Of a DNA stretch of 64,000 nucleotides, positions 51,286 through 60,997 are shown one piece after another. Each line of letters begins with the position of its first letter. Positions within the stretch are counted from its first letter, which is position 1. Position numbers and translations under genes: made by a program. The notes beneath the pieces are model-generated. The model saw only the letters and a list, made by a program, of their open reading frames with translations, did not search any database and was not told where the DNA came from. The DNA is from a virus (lineage: Duplodnaviria > Caudoviricetes): IMG/VR virus record IMGVR_UViG_3300037400_006004, positions 42,619-106,618 of that record; one strand, written 5' to 3'.

Positions 51286-52194
51286 TTAAAAATTAAATAC
51301 CATTTTAGTTAACTGTTTTTCAGTAATACTGAAAGTATTAATAACATTCTCTACAGTTATTTTATCTTCATTAATTAATTCAAAAACATGAGAAGTACAT
51401 TCTCTCATAACCATATTTTTAAGCTTTCTACGGTTGATATCATATCTCTTACAAACATCAGGAATTGATTTACCTTCAAGTAGAATTTCATCAATCATGA
51501 GATTTCCTACAAATTGTAAAGGATATAAAAATACTGGATTTCTAAAGTCTCCTCTTATAGGATTTGCATTACTCAAATGCATATAATGAATTAATTCATT
51601 ATAAGTATTTTTAGCATATGTATTCATATAATTAAGAAGCTTAAAATAAACCGATTTTGCAAATTCTTTATATACAATATTTACATTTTTATTAAAGACA
51701 TACTCAGTTAAAATATTAAAACATTTTTTAAGATAACCATTTTCAGAATATCTATTCCAATTATTAAAATCATAATGTCCATTATTATAATAATAAATCT
51801 TAATACCAAATTCTTTAATTTGTTCTTTTGGTTCTCCTTTAAATAAAGTATCATAAGAAATATGATGTTGAAAGATTGGTCTTACAGCTATAAATAAATC
51901 TAAAAGATAACTAATATCTTGAATTGTAGATTTAATATTTTCTTCTTTTAAGAAAGTTCTATTATTAGTATTAAGAATTTTAAGAATATTTTTACCGTGT
52001 CTTTTATAGTATTGATAGTCTACAAAATTCATATAAGCTCTTCCAGAAGCAAAACCATAAATATCACCTTCTAAAAGTAATTTATAACTAACTACTCTAT
52101 GATTGTATCTATTATCTGGATCAAAAGTGTAACCAAAACTACTGTTAGAACTTTTAATATTAGTTCTCTTTTTAAATAATGAACTATAATCCAT
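51286..52194 (-). CDS. hypothetical protein, possible C-terminal helix-turn-helix
   Basis: 302 aa; KSIPDVCKRYDINRRKLKNM resembles an HTH. Confidence 0.6.
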   Translation of the reverse strand: MDYSSLFKKRTNIKSSNSSFGYTFDPDNRYNHRVVSYKLLLEGDIYGFASGRAYMNFVDYQYYKRHGKNILKILNTNNRTFLKEENIKSTIQDISYLLDLFIAVRPIFQHHISYDTLFKGEPKEQIKEFGIKIYYYNNGHYDFNNWNRYSENGYLKKCFNILTEYVFNKNVNIVYKEFAKSVYFKLLNYMNTYAKNTYNELIHYMHLSNANPIRGDFRNPVFLYPLQFVGNLMIDEILLEGKSIPDVCKRYDINRRKLKNMVMRECTSHVFELINEDKITVENVINTFSITEKQLTKMVFNF

Positions 52195-52260
52195 GTGTTA
52201 TCCTCCTTATTTTAAAAAAATATGGGAATGGATTAAAATCCATTCCCATAAATATAATTT

Positions 52261-53310
52261 TTATTTTTTATTTTTAGCGTCTTTCATACAAGTTATTAAT
52301 GCAGGTTGTGTAATTTGTGCAAACATACCACTATCTTTGCTAAGTAATTTATTTTCAATATCTTCCTTGATTTTAGGATCTCTTAGATGTTCTGGAATTA
52401 AAATACTTAATACCATTGTTTTATTATTCTTTTTAAATGTAGATGGAAATGCTTTAGCTAATTTATTAATAGATCTAAATGTAATATCTGTTTTGAATAT
52501 TTCATTTGTATAAGGTGTATATACATATACATCATAATAATTATAAAGCCAACCATTATCATCTATTTTTTTATATAATTTAAGTCCTACTCCATAATTA
52601 CCTGATCTACGTCTCCAAGCAATACTAGAAATTAAATCAATATCATTTGAATTAATTTTTTCAATTAAATGGTTGCTTTTATCTCTAGGTGTTCTTGGAA
52701 TTATATTCTTTCTTTTTTTAGTTATTTTTCTCTTAGTTTTACCGTTATATCCACCTTTAGGAGTATTAGAAAAAGTAGTTTGCTCATCATCTTCTCCCAT
52801 ACTCTCAAAATCAATAGTTGAATTTGATGATTCAATATTTTCTTCATCAAATAAAGTTCTCTGAATTGAACCATCATCATATACTTCAGGAATTTCTTTT
52901 ACTTTCTCATTCTTCTTTATCTTATTTGGAAATTGAGAAGGTAATTCTACTTTTTCTTTTGATTTTGTTATAGGACTAAGACATTTAACTACTGGGATCT
53001 TATAAATATTTACCTCTTTAAGATCATTGAAATTAATATTAATTTCTGCAATTAAAATAAAGATATCTTCATTATTAAATTCTTTAACAGAAATACCGTT
53101 TAATATAAAAGAGTATTCAAATACATTCGTTGAACCTTCAAATTGCATGTTCCAAACAGGAAAATCAAGATCTTTTCTTTCTTTCTTAATTAAATTAAGA
53201 TCTTGTCCAGAAATAGGATTAGAAATTTGTATATAACTTGAATTTCCTAATTTGTTAAATTCGATTACATTATAAGTTGAAAATCCTTTTCCAAGTCTGA
53301 CATTTAGCAT
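52261..53310 (-). CDS. hypothetical protein
   Basis: 349 aa; SD GGAGG. Confidence 0.75.
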   Translation of the reverse strand: MLNVRLGKGFSTYNVIEFNKLGNSSYIQISNPISGQDLNLIKKERKDLDFPVWNMQFEGSTNVFEYSFILNGISVKEFNNEDIFILIAEININFNDLKEVNIYKIPVVKCLSPITKSKEKVELPSQFPNKIKKNEKVKEIPEVYDDGSIQRTLFDEENIESSNSTIDFESMGEDDEQTTFSNTPKGGYNGKTKRKITKKRKNIIPRTPRDKSNHLIEKINSNDIDLISSIAWRRRSGNYGVGLKLYKKIDDNGWLYNYYDVYVYTPYTNEIFKTDITFRSINKLAKAFPSTFKKNNKTMVLSILIPEHLRDPKIKEDIENKLLSKDSGMFAQITQPALITCMKDAKNKK

Positions 53311-53313
53311 TTC

Positions 53314-53448
53314 TTATTCCTCCATTTTTCTTTTATACGCATTTGTGATATATCTATCAGAATCTGAAGATACTTTTAAGAAAGGATAGACACAGGTAAA
53401 ACTAATTACTTGTACTATCATAATAATAGATAAAGCTTTAATAAACAT
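53314..53448 (-). CDS. 44-aa single-TM early protein (not in ORF track)
   Basis: MFIKALSIIMIVQVISFTCVYPFLKVSSDSDRY...; SD AGGAGGTG; early motif at 53493-53505. Confidence 0.65.
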   Translation of the reverse strand: MFIKALSIIMIVQVISFTCVYPFLKVSSDSDRYITNAYKRKMEE

Positions 53449-53804
53449 AAATACACCTCCTATATTTAGAAAGCTTTATATTTTGCATTATAATAATATA
53501 TATTTTAAAAAAAGAAATAATAAAAAATAACCTTATCTTTTATTAATTTTTATAATTTCAAAATTATCAACTAGTTGTTTTGATTATTCATAAAGCTTAA
53601 TTTTAAATATAATATTAGTCATAAATTTTTCTTCTTTAAGAATTCTTTAAATAATGCGTTTTAAATTTTTATTAAATATTTTTATTTAAATTTATTAAAT
53701 AATAATAAATTATTAAAAGGGGTATTTTTAAGAAATATTTAAGTAATAATATTAAAAAAAAATAATTAACTTAATTTTATAATTACAATAAAGGAGTAAA
53801 TATT

Positions 53805-54815
53805 ATGAAACCAAAAAATAGTAATTGTAAAGATTTAGTTTCAATAGTTATACCATTATACAATACTAATAAAGATGTATTCAAAAGATGTTTATTAAGT
53901 ATTGAAAAACAAGATTATACCAATTATGAAGTAATTATTATTGATGATTGTTCAGATGAGAATTATTCAAATCTTATTAAATTTCATGCACAAGATATAG
54001 ATATTAAATATGAAAAGTTAGATCATAATTATGGTCCAGGAGTAGCTAGAAAAATTGGATTACAAAGAGCTGAAGGAAAATATTTAATGTTTATAGATTC
54101 AGATGATGAATTATATGATAATACATCTCTAATGAAATTAACAAAAGAAATGAATAATAATCCAAAACTAGATATGGTATCTGGTTTAGCTCTTGAAGAA
54201 TTATCAAATGGAGCTCTTGAAAAAAGAGATAAAAACTTTATATGGGTTTTTGGTAAATTATTTAGAACTCAATTCTTTGTAGAAAATAAAATGAATTTTA
54301 ATGATACAAGAGCAAATGAAGATAATGGATTTACTACATTATTTAGAATGCTTACTGATAATTATAAATTTATAAATGAAATTATTTATATATGGCATTA
54401 TGAACCAAATTCTATTACAAGAAAAAATGGACATGAATATTATTTTTATTCAATTGAAGGATATGTAAATAATATGATATGGGTTTATAATGAATGTAAA
54501 AAAAGAGGAATTGATAAAGGAATTAAACAACAAAAGCATTTTATTAGTGTATGGATAAGATTATATTTTTATGCTATTGAAGTACTATACGATAGAGATA
54601 TTGATAGTGCTAATTTATTAAGTGTCTGGTGTCATAATTATTACGATTCTGTATATAAATATATTGAAAATAATATTGACGATTTTATATTTATGGATTG
54701 TTGGAATGTTATGGTTAGTAGTTCTCCAGCAACATTCATTGAAAGAATTATTAATATTTCATATCCAGAATTTTATGATATTATTTCATCAGGCGAACCA
54801 TTTATAACAGATTAA
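53805..54815 (+). CDS. family 2 glycosyltransferase
   Basis: VSIVIPLYN, IIIDDCS, GPGVARKIG, FIDSDD (DxD), VFGKLFR and NEDNGF. Confidence 0.92.
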   Translation: MKPKNSNCKDLVSIVIPLYNTNKDVFKRCLLSIEKQDYTNYEVIIIDDCSDENYSNLIKFHAQDIDIKYEKLDHNYGPGVARKIGLQRAEGKYLMFIDSDDELYDNTSLMKLTKEMNNNPKLDMVSGLALEELSNGALEKRDKNFIWVFGKLFRTQFFVENKMNFNDTRANEDNGFTTLFRMLTDNYKFINEIIYIWHYEPNSITRKNGHEYYFYSIEGYVNNMIWVYNECKKRGIDKGIKQQKHFISVWIRLYFYAIEVLYDRDIDSANLLSVWCHNYYDSVYKYIENNIDDFIFMDCWNVMVSSSPATFIERIINISYPEFYDIISSGEPFITD

Positions 54816-54834
54816 AGAAAGTAGGTAATTTATT

Positions 54835-55377
54835 ATGAAAGAATTTTTTGAAGAAGTGATTAAATTGGTTGCAGCTTTAGCTATATCGGTATTTTCTTTT
54901 GCAATTCGTAAAGTAGCAAAGTCTTTTGCTAAAAAGTATGATGTTTCTACAGAATTTGAAGAAATGAATAATCTAGAGGATTATATTAAGAGAGTTGTAT
55001 TATCTTGCGTTCAGTCTACAAATCAAACTTTTGTAGATACTCTTAAAAAGCAGGGTAAGTTTGATTCTGAAAAGAAGAAAGAAGCTTTTGAAATTACTTA
55101 TAATACAGTATATACAATTGTAGGAGAATTATTAAAAATTCTTCTTAAGACAGAAGATTTAAAACCAATTCAGACTTATCTTGAAACATTAATTGAAGAA
55201 ACAGTTAAGATGTGTAAGGAAACAATAGAAAATGAACCTACTCCTAAGATTAATGTTGATTCTTTAATGGATAATCCAACATTTACTACATTTGAATATA
55301 AGCCAGATGCTCTTGGTGAAACAGTAACTTATGAGTTTTCTATTGAAGATATGGATAATGAAAATATCAGTGACTAA
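54835..55377 (+). CDS. holin-like protein (LL-H family-like)
   Basis: Single N-terminal TM, then VQSTNQTFVD...KKKEAF...LIEETV. Confidence 0.5.
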   Translation: MKEFFEEVIKLVAALAISVFSFAIRKVAKSFAKKYDVSTEFEEMNNLEDYIKRVVLSCVQSTNQTFVDTLKKQGKFDSEKKKEAFEITYNTVYTIVGELLKILLKTEDLKPIQTYLETLIEETVKMCKETIENEPTPKINVDSLMDNPTFTTFEYKPDALGETVTYEFSIEDMDNENISD

Positions 55378-55419
55378 AAAAAAGAGGATAGAGATAATCT
55401 CTATCCTCTTTTTATTAAA

Positions 55420-55845
55420 TTATTTTCTTCTCTTAAGTTTTTCCTTAAGCTTTTTATTTTGCTTCATAGTATTTCTATATTTAGCTTCTTTAATAGAATT
55501 TGAAATATTACTAATTCCATCCATAATACTATCTACTGAAATATTAAATGAAATACCATTACTATTAATATTTAGATTAGAACCATTTTTACTAGACATA
55601 TTGAAATTTACACCCTCTCCAAAATGATTATTAGATCTTTTTAGTGATTTATTGTTTGTTGTTGTTACGATATCATATACTTCTGTTTCATCATCATCAT
55701 CATCGTCATCGATATCAACAAAATCATCATCGTCATCGTCATCGAGATCTTCGATATCTTCTAGATAGTCTAGAAAATCATCGTAATCATCTTCAGTGAA
55801 GTTTTCGGTATCAACTACACCATTGAATTCTTTTTCCTTACTCAT
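55420..55845 (-). CDS. Asp-rich acidic protein with basic tail
   Basis: Start MSKEK (SD GAAGGAG); poly-Asp runs. Confidence 0.7.
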   Translation of the reverse strand: MSKEKEFNGVVDTENFTEDDYDDFLDYLEDIEDLDDDDDDDFVDIDDDDDDDETEVYDIVTTTNNKSLKRSNNHFGEGVNFNMSSKNGSNLNINSNGISFNISVDSIMDGISNISNSIKEAKYRNTMKQNKKLKEKLKRRK

Positions 55846-56005
55846 CATCATCTTCTCCTTCATATTCATCAGTATCATGATCTTCATTATTCATTTCTTC
55901 AAGTCTCTCTTCAGCTTGTCCGATTAGACCTTCCATTTCAGAAATAACATTTCTGATCTGCCAAGAATCTCCTTCTGCAATTATGTCTCTCACAAAGTCA
56001 AACAT
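55838..56005 (-). CDS. 55-aa acidic early protein (not in ORF track)
   Basis: MFDFVRDIIAEGDSWQIRNVISEMEGLIGQAEERLEEM...; SD AAGGAGG; early motif at 56060-56072. Confidence 0.7.
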   Translation of the reverse strand: MFDFVRDIIAEGDSWQIRNVISEMEGLIGQAEERLEEMNNEDHDTDEYEGEDDDE

Positions 56006-56070
56006 ATCAATTCCTCCTTTAAATAAAATAGGTGTAAGAGAATATTCTCTTACACCTTTATAATATATAC

Positions 56071-58083
56071 TTAAAGATTATATTTCTTTATAAAGTCATC
56101 TTTGCTCATACAAGGAATACCAAGTTCTTTTGCTTTATTAAGCTTAGTAGCTCCTGGACTATCTGAATGAACAAGAATATTAACTTTCTTTGATACAGAT
56201 GATTTTACTTTAATTCCTTTACTTTCCATTAGAATTGCTAATCTTGGATCAGGTCTCCATCCAGTTACAACAATATTTAAATTAAGATCAGCGTTCTTGA
56301 AGTTGTCCTTATAATTTTTAAATCCTCTACTATAAAGAAACTCAATAGTAGATTCATTATTCTTAAGTCCTTCAATAAGATTATTTGCAGTAATCTCTCC
56401 AAATCCATCAATTTGAAGTACCTTTGATTTAAGCTTATTGTCATTATATAAATCAATAATCTCATCAAAAGTATAATTCTTACAAAGAAGCTTAGCACTT
56501 TCAAGGCTAAAGTTTGTGATTGATAAAGAACCTAATACTTCATAATCATAATATTCTTTAGCTTCGATAGCTTCTTTAATATTCTGAGCTACTTTCTTAC
56601 CAAGAAGTTTAGCTACTGCTTTATAATCCATTGAAAAGATACTTGGAATATTAGTAATAATTTTATTATCATATAGTTCATCAATAGTATTCATTTTAAT
56701 ACCTTTGATATCCATATTGATAAAGAATGTTTCAATTTTACCCTTTAGTCTTCCAATACAATTTGGATTTACACAATTAGCTAATGTCATTTCGCCTTTA
56801 TCATTAATAGTAATTTCGATTTTACCACCACACTTAGGACATTTTGAAATAAACTTAAAAGGTTTAATACCTTTTGGCTGGTTTTTAACTTTAGTAATGT
56901 AAGAAAGACAATCACTATGATAAGAAACTAAGATTTTACTTCCAACACCAAGATTAAGATCTTTAAATCTTTTATAATTGGAGATCTGCTGTTTCTTATG
57001 AGTTGTACCATTAAACTTAACTTCTTTAAACCAGATTCTAGGAGTAATACGACCAGTATTACCAACACAATAATCTATATCAGTTACTTCAGTAATTTTT
57101 TCAAGATAAGGAAGCTTTGCAGCAAATGAATGCTGTGGAATTAACCCTTTTGGGTCATAGAAATATTCTTTAATAATTTCCTGATTAAGAAATTCAATTA
57201 CAATTCCATCAATCATAAATGGAAGCGTTGGTCTAATTTTTTCCACATAATGATAATATTCTTCAATAGCTTTTTCGCATTCATCCATTGTCTTGCATGT
57301 TACTATCTTTGAATACTGTTTATACCAGTTATCAGGAAAAGCTTCTTCAATTTCTTCTTCATAAAGCTTTTTATAACCTTTGTCATATGCAAAACCTTCA
57401 TCTTTGACTCTCATTTCAAGAGGTACAAGAGTAATATATTTTCTGTATTTTGCGGCATCATTTCCATTAAGAAGTCCTGATACTAATGAACGAGGATTTG
57501 CATAATCTTCTCCACTTTCTTCACAAAGTTTATCATATAATGCATATGGAAGAATAGCTTCAAATTTTACAGCAAATTCACTTCCAATACATGAAAGATT
57601 AAAAGAAGATGTCATATCAATTTTATCATTAATAAATGCTTGAATGATATCTTTTCCTTTACCATTTTTTCCTCTGGTTAAAGCTTTCTTAGGATTACCA
57701 TATTCATCATATTCAATAGTAATAGAATTACCATCAAATTTAAGAGATAATCTAACTTTATAGGGTTTATTAACCTTAACTTTAGAATACTTTTCTAAGT
57801 AAGGTTTGATTTCATCATAAGTTTGAGCTTTATCGAGTGTTCCAACTAAATTTTGATAATCATGCTTTACTGAAACTGTTTTAGTTCCTTTAGGAGCATC
57901 TGCACCAATAATTTCATCACCAGTGATTTCTTTATATTTTCTATAAAGTTCATCATACTGTTTATCTGAAATAATTATAGAATCTTGATTATAATAAGCT
58001 TCGGAACATTCTTCAAGAAAAACTTTTACATACTTAAGATCTTTTTTAGCAGCTAAAAGTTTACTAGCTAATTCATAATTCAT
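56071..58083 (-). CDS. ligA: NAD+-dependent DNA ligase
   Basis: AYY...SDKQYD, KFDG adenylation motif, ALTRG, ANPRS, IDGIV, GNTGRITP, Zn finger, HhH and BRCT domains. Confidence 0.95.
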   Translation of the reverse strand: MNYELASKLLAAKKDLKYVKVFLEECSEAYYNQDSIIISDKQYDELYRKYKEITGDEIIGADAPKGTKTVSVKHDYQNLVGTLDKAQTYDEIKPYLEKYSKVKVNKPYKVRLSLKFDGNSITIEYDEYGNPKKALTRGKNGKGKDIIQAFINDKIDMTSSFNLSCIGSEFAVKFEAILPYALYDKLCEESGEDYANPRSLVSGLLNGNDAAKYRKYITLVPLEMRVKDEGFAYDKGYKKLYEEEIEEAFPDNWYKQYSKIVTCKTMDECEKAIEEYYHYVEKIRPTLPFMIDGIVIEFLNQEIIKEYFYDPKGLIPQHSFAAKLPYLEKITEVTDIDYCVGNTGRITPRIWFKEVKFNGTTHKKQQISNYKRFKDLNLGVGSKILVSYHSDCLSYITKVKNQPKGIKPFKFISKCPKCGGKIEITINDKGEMTLANCVNPNCIGRLKGKIETFFINMDIKGIKMNTIDELYDNKIITNIPSIFSMDYKAVAKLLGKKVAQNIKEAIEAKEYYDYEVLGSLSITNFSLESAKLLCKNYTFDEIIDLYNDNKLKSKVLQIDGFGEITANNLIEGLKNNESTIEFLYSRGFKNYKDNFKNADLNLNIVVTGWRPDPRLAILMESKGIKVKSSVSKKVNILVHSDSPGATKLNKAKELGIPCMSKDDFIKKYNL

Positions 58084-58295
58084 ATTTTATTTTTCTCCTT
58101 TTCATAATCATAATTAAAGTTAAGTTTTAAATAATTAATCATTTGATCTCTATAATGAGAATATTTATTATTTTCTAATCTTTCAATAACTTGCTCTTTA
58201 GAAGCAGGAGTATAATCATCATCGCCAATTCCAGCAAGACATCCTCCACCGCAACCACAAATAGCACAATCAAAACAATCTGACATAATTTTCAT
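58080..58295 (-). CDS. small Cys-rich protein
   Basis: CFDCAICGCGGGC cluster; coupled to the ligase start. Confidence 0.7.
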   Translation of the reverse strand: MKIMSDCFDCAICGCGGGCLAGIGDDDYTPASKEQVIERLENNKYSHYRDQMINYLKLNFNYDYEKEKNKI

Positions 58296-58511
58296 TTAAT
58301 TTTTCTCCTCATAACTTTCTTTTTTATTCTGTTCAATAAGATCTAGTAATTCTTTTTGTTTTTTATGAATTAATTTTGAAATTCTTATTCCTTCTTGAAC
58401 GTCACAATCTGGATCAAGATTAATTTGGTTCATTTTTTCATGTAGTTCATGTATTTCATCTGAAAGTTTTTTAAAATTTTCATTAAATTCATTATTAATC
58501 TTAATAGTCAT
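58296..58511 (-). CDS. hypothetical coiled-coil protein
   Basis: Start MTIKI; SD AGGAGG. Confidence 0.65.
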   Translation of the reverse strand: MTIKINNEFNENFKKLSDEIHELHEKMNQINLDPDCDVQEGIRISKLIHKKQKELLDLIEQNKKESYEEKN

Positions 58512-58527
58512 AGTTTTTTTCCTCCTA

Positions 58528-58761
58528 CTATTCATTATTTTTATTATTTTTCATATCAAAGAAACTTTTTACTAATATAAAAATTATACCTCCAAGAACA
58601 CTTAGAACACATAGAATTGGTTTTCCTGCAGTAATACCAACTATAAATAAAAGTGGAATAGCAAATACTAAAACAGCTAAAGTAATAATTGTTAAAGCAC
58701 ATAAAAGACCAAGGCCTAGTTCTTTTAAATTTTCTAAAACATATTTGAAGTATTCATTCAT
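58528..58761 (-). CDS. small two-TM membrane protein
   Basis: 77 aa with two hydrophobic segments. Confidence 0.7.
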   Translation of the reverse strand: MNEYFKYVLENLKELGLGLLCALTIITLAVLVFAIPLLFIVGITAGKPILCVLSVLGGIIFILVKSFFDMKNNKNNE

Positions 58762-59355
58762 TTAAATCACTCCTTCGTTAATCTTAACTTTTACAAGCTT
58801 CAAATCATCTTTTTTGACTTCAGCAATTCCTTTATATTTTTCTGAAATAGTTCTGATATCAAAACCGTGATTTATAATAATATGATAACCATTAGGAGTT
58901 TGATTTATTTCAACTTCAAGAGTATTATCGATATTTTTAATATCATTGATAAACTCAACAAGCTTATCAGGATCTGTACTATCAAAATCAAACATCCATT
59001 TCTTTTCTAATGCACATTCTTTAGTAGCTGCAATTCCAGCTAACTTTGCGTCAATAGTTACTGGATTCATTTCTGGATTATCAATTAAAAAATGTGTAAG
59101 TTGTCTTACGATTTCTCTTGGATCTCGTCTATTAACGGAGTAATAGAATCTAGAAGCTTCTCTTGGAACACCCTTCTTTACAAATGTTTCAAATTCTGGC
59201 ATTAATTCTTCAGGTGTTCTTGTTGTAATAAACGAATTTCTTCTTTGCTTGAAATCTTTTACATCAGGATTGTCTTTATTTCTTGAAACAAATAAGACAA
59301 CATAAATAGGTTTTTCTGTTGTAAGCTCAATTCCCCATTTTTTATTTTTATTCAT
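58762..59355 (-). CDS. AEP/primase-polymerase-like fold protein
   Basis: WMFDFD (DxD) and TPNGYHII (T/SxxGxH) resemble AEP motifs I and II. Confidence 0.5.
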   Translation of the reverse strand: MNKNKKWGIELTTEKPIYVVLFVSRNKDNPDVKDFKQRRNSFITTRTPEELMPEFETFVKKGVPREASRFYYSVNRRDPREIVRQLTHFLIDNPEMNPVTIDAKLAGIAATKECALEKKWMFDFDSTDPDKLVEFINDIKNIDNTLEVEINQTPNGYHIIINHGFDIRTISEKYKGIAEVKKDDLKLVKVKINEGVI

Positions 59356-59368
59356 AAATAATTCCTCC

Positions 59369-59854
59369 TTAATAATTTTCAGATATCGGATATTTCAATT
59401 CCCCTATATTATAACCATGTTCTTTTAAGACTTTTAAAATAATTTCTCTTTCAGAGCAATGATTATCAGGTGTTTCATAAACTATAAACACAAATAAAGG
59501 TTCTTCTTTGAATTTAAGTAGATCTTTTACAACTATCCCAAGATTATTTAAACCTTTTTCAAATAAATTAAAATCTATTTGATTTAATTGTGTTTCATAA
59601 TTTTTTAAGAAACCACATTCGGTTGGGTTTTTTATCTGGCATTTTTCTCTACCATAACATTCTCCATCACTTGCCATTTTTGGTCTTAAAGAGTCTATCC
59701 TTATTCCATTGATAACACCATTTTTATCTACAAATGTAAAATCATTTCCTTTATTTTGATGAAACCATTTTGGATCAAACATGGCAGTTGAAATAGGAAT
59801 CATATATGGTTTAAAGAATCTAATTTGATAAAAATAAGATACAGCTAAGTTCAT
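59369..59854 (-). CDS. DUF488-like protein
   Basis: SYF start, ISTA..PKW and C-terminal YETPDNHCSER; early motif at 59877-59889. Confidence 0.55.
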   Translation of the reverse strand: MNLAVSYFYQIRFFKPYMIPISTAMFDPKWFHQNKGNDFTFVDKNGVINGIRIDSLRPKMASDGECYGREKCQIKNPTECGFLKNYETQLNQIDFNLFEKGLNNLGIVVKDLLKFKEEPLFVFIVYETPDNHCSEREIILKVLKEHGYNIGELKYPISENY

Positions 59855-60015
59855 TTATTTCACCTCTTTCAAAAATATAATATATAAATAAAAAAAAATA
59901 GATATGAAATTAATCATATCTATTTTTAATAATAAAGTTTACTCTTCTATTTCAAAGAATAAATAAACTGCTCTTTTGAAATCCTCTTTAATAATTTTTC
60001 TTTATTTGTCATAAA

Positions 60016-60639
60016 TTATTCCTCCTCATCATAATAATCATCTTCATCATCATCTTCATATGAAGGTAATTTAATAAAGCCATTAGCTTCTATTATACGA
60101 TCAATATCAAAAATTGTATTAAGTTTAATTGGTGCAATCATAAAGTCTTCATAACCGTAGTCTTCATCACCGAAGAAATAACCTCCGATACTTAATCGAA
60201 ATCCTTTTCCTTCATTAATATCAATAGATTCATTTATCTTTTTAATAATATTATCAATATTTACTTCGTCAAATCCACCTACTAATTCATTTATTTCATT
60301 AATGAAATTTTTATCGATTTTTGATGAATAAGTACGATAATTTTTTAAGACTTCGTCATATTCATCAAAGAAAACATAAATATAATTCTGTCCTTCAGGA
60401 ATGTCTATTTTCTCTTCAAATAATTCAATTTCAATATCAACTATATTTGTAAATAGTTTATTATCATCTTTTACATTATAAATTATTTTATTAGATCTTT
60501 TTGAATGAAACCTTTCTTCAATAACAAACTTTTCGTTTATGAAGTTTTCTGCTTCTTCTTTAGTCCTAAATAAAATGAACCTACAAAAAAGAATATCTTC
60601 ATCTTCAATTTCGCTTCCAGTTATTTTCATTTCAAACAT
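60016..60639 (-). CDS. hypothetical acidic early protein
   Basis: 207 aa; SD GGAGG; early motif at 60691-60703. Confidence 0.75.
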   Translation of the reverse strand: MFEMKITGSEIEDEDILFCRFILFRTKEEAENFINEKFVIEERFHSKRSNKIIYNVKDDNKLFTNIVDIEIELFEEKIDIPEGQNYIYVFFDEYDEVLKNYRTYSSKIDKNFINEINELVGGFDEVNIDNIIKKINESIDINEGKGFRLSIGGYFFGDEDYGYEDFMIAPIKLNTIFDIDRIIEANGFIKLPSYEDDDEDDYYDEEE

Positions 60640-60769
60640 ATAATTTCCTCCGTATATTAAAATATTTTATTTGGTATTTCTACCAAATATATAATATATA
60701 TCTAAAAAAAAATAAGACATACATACTAGGTTTCCCTAACGCATGTTTATAGTCTTATTTTTTCTCTGC

Positions 60770-60997
60770 TTAGAAGCTGAATAATCTTGTGAGAAGATCT
60801 GCAGTATAACCTTCACCACAAATCTTATCGAAAGCCATCATTGCTTCAGTTTGGCGGACTGGATTAGCCCACCAGACAGATCCATCTTTCCTCTTGACGG
60901 TAACGTGACCCTGGAGACGATGCTTCAAGTGTTCTTCAGACTTCTTATCTGAAGAAATTACCTTAGTAATGAAAACAAAAGTCATCTTATTATTCAT
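60770..60997 (-). CDS. hypothetical early protein
   Basis: Start moved to MNNKM (SD GAAGGAG); early motif at 61073-61085. Confidence 0.7.
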   Translation of the reverse strand: MNNKMTFVFITKVISSDKKSEEHLKHRLQGHVTVKRKDGSVWWANPVRQTEAMMAFDKICGEGYTADLLTRLFSF

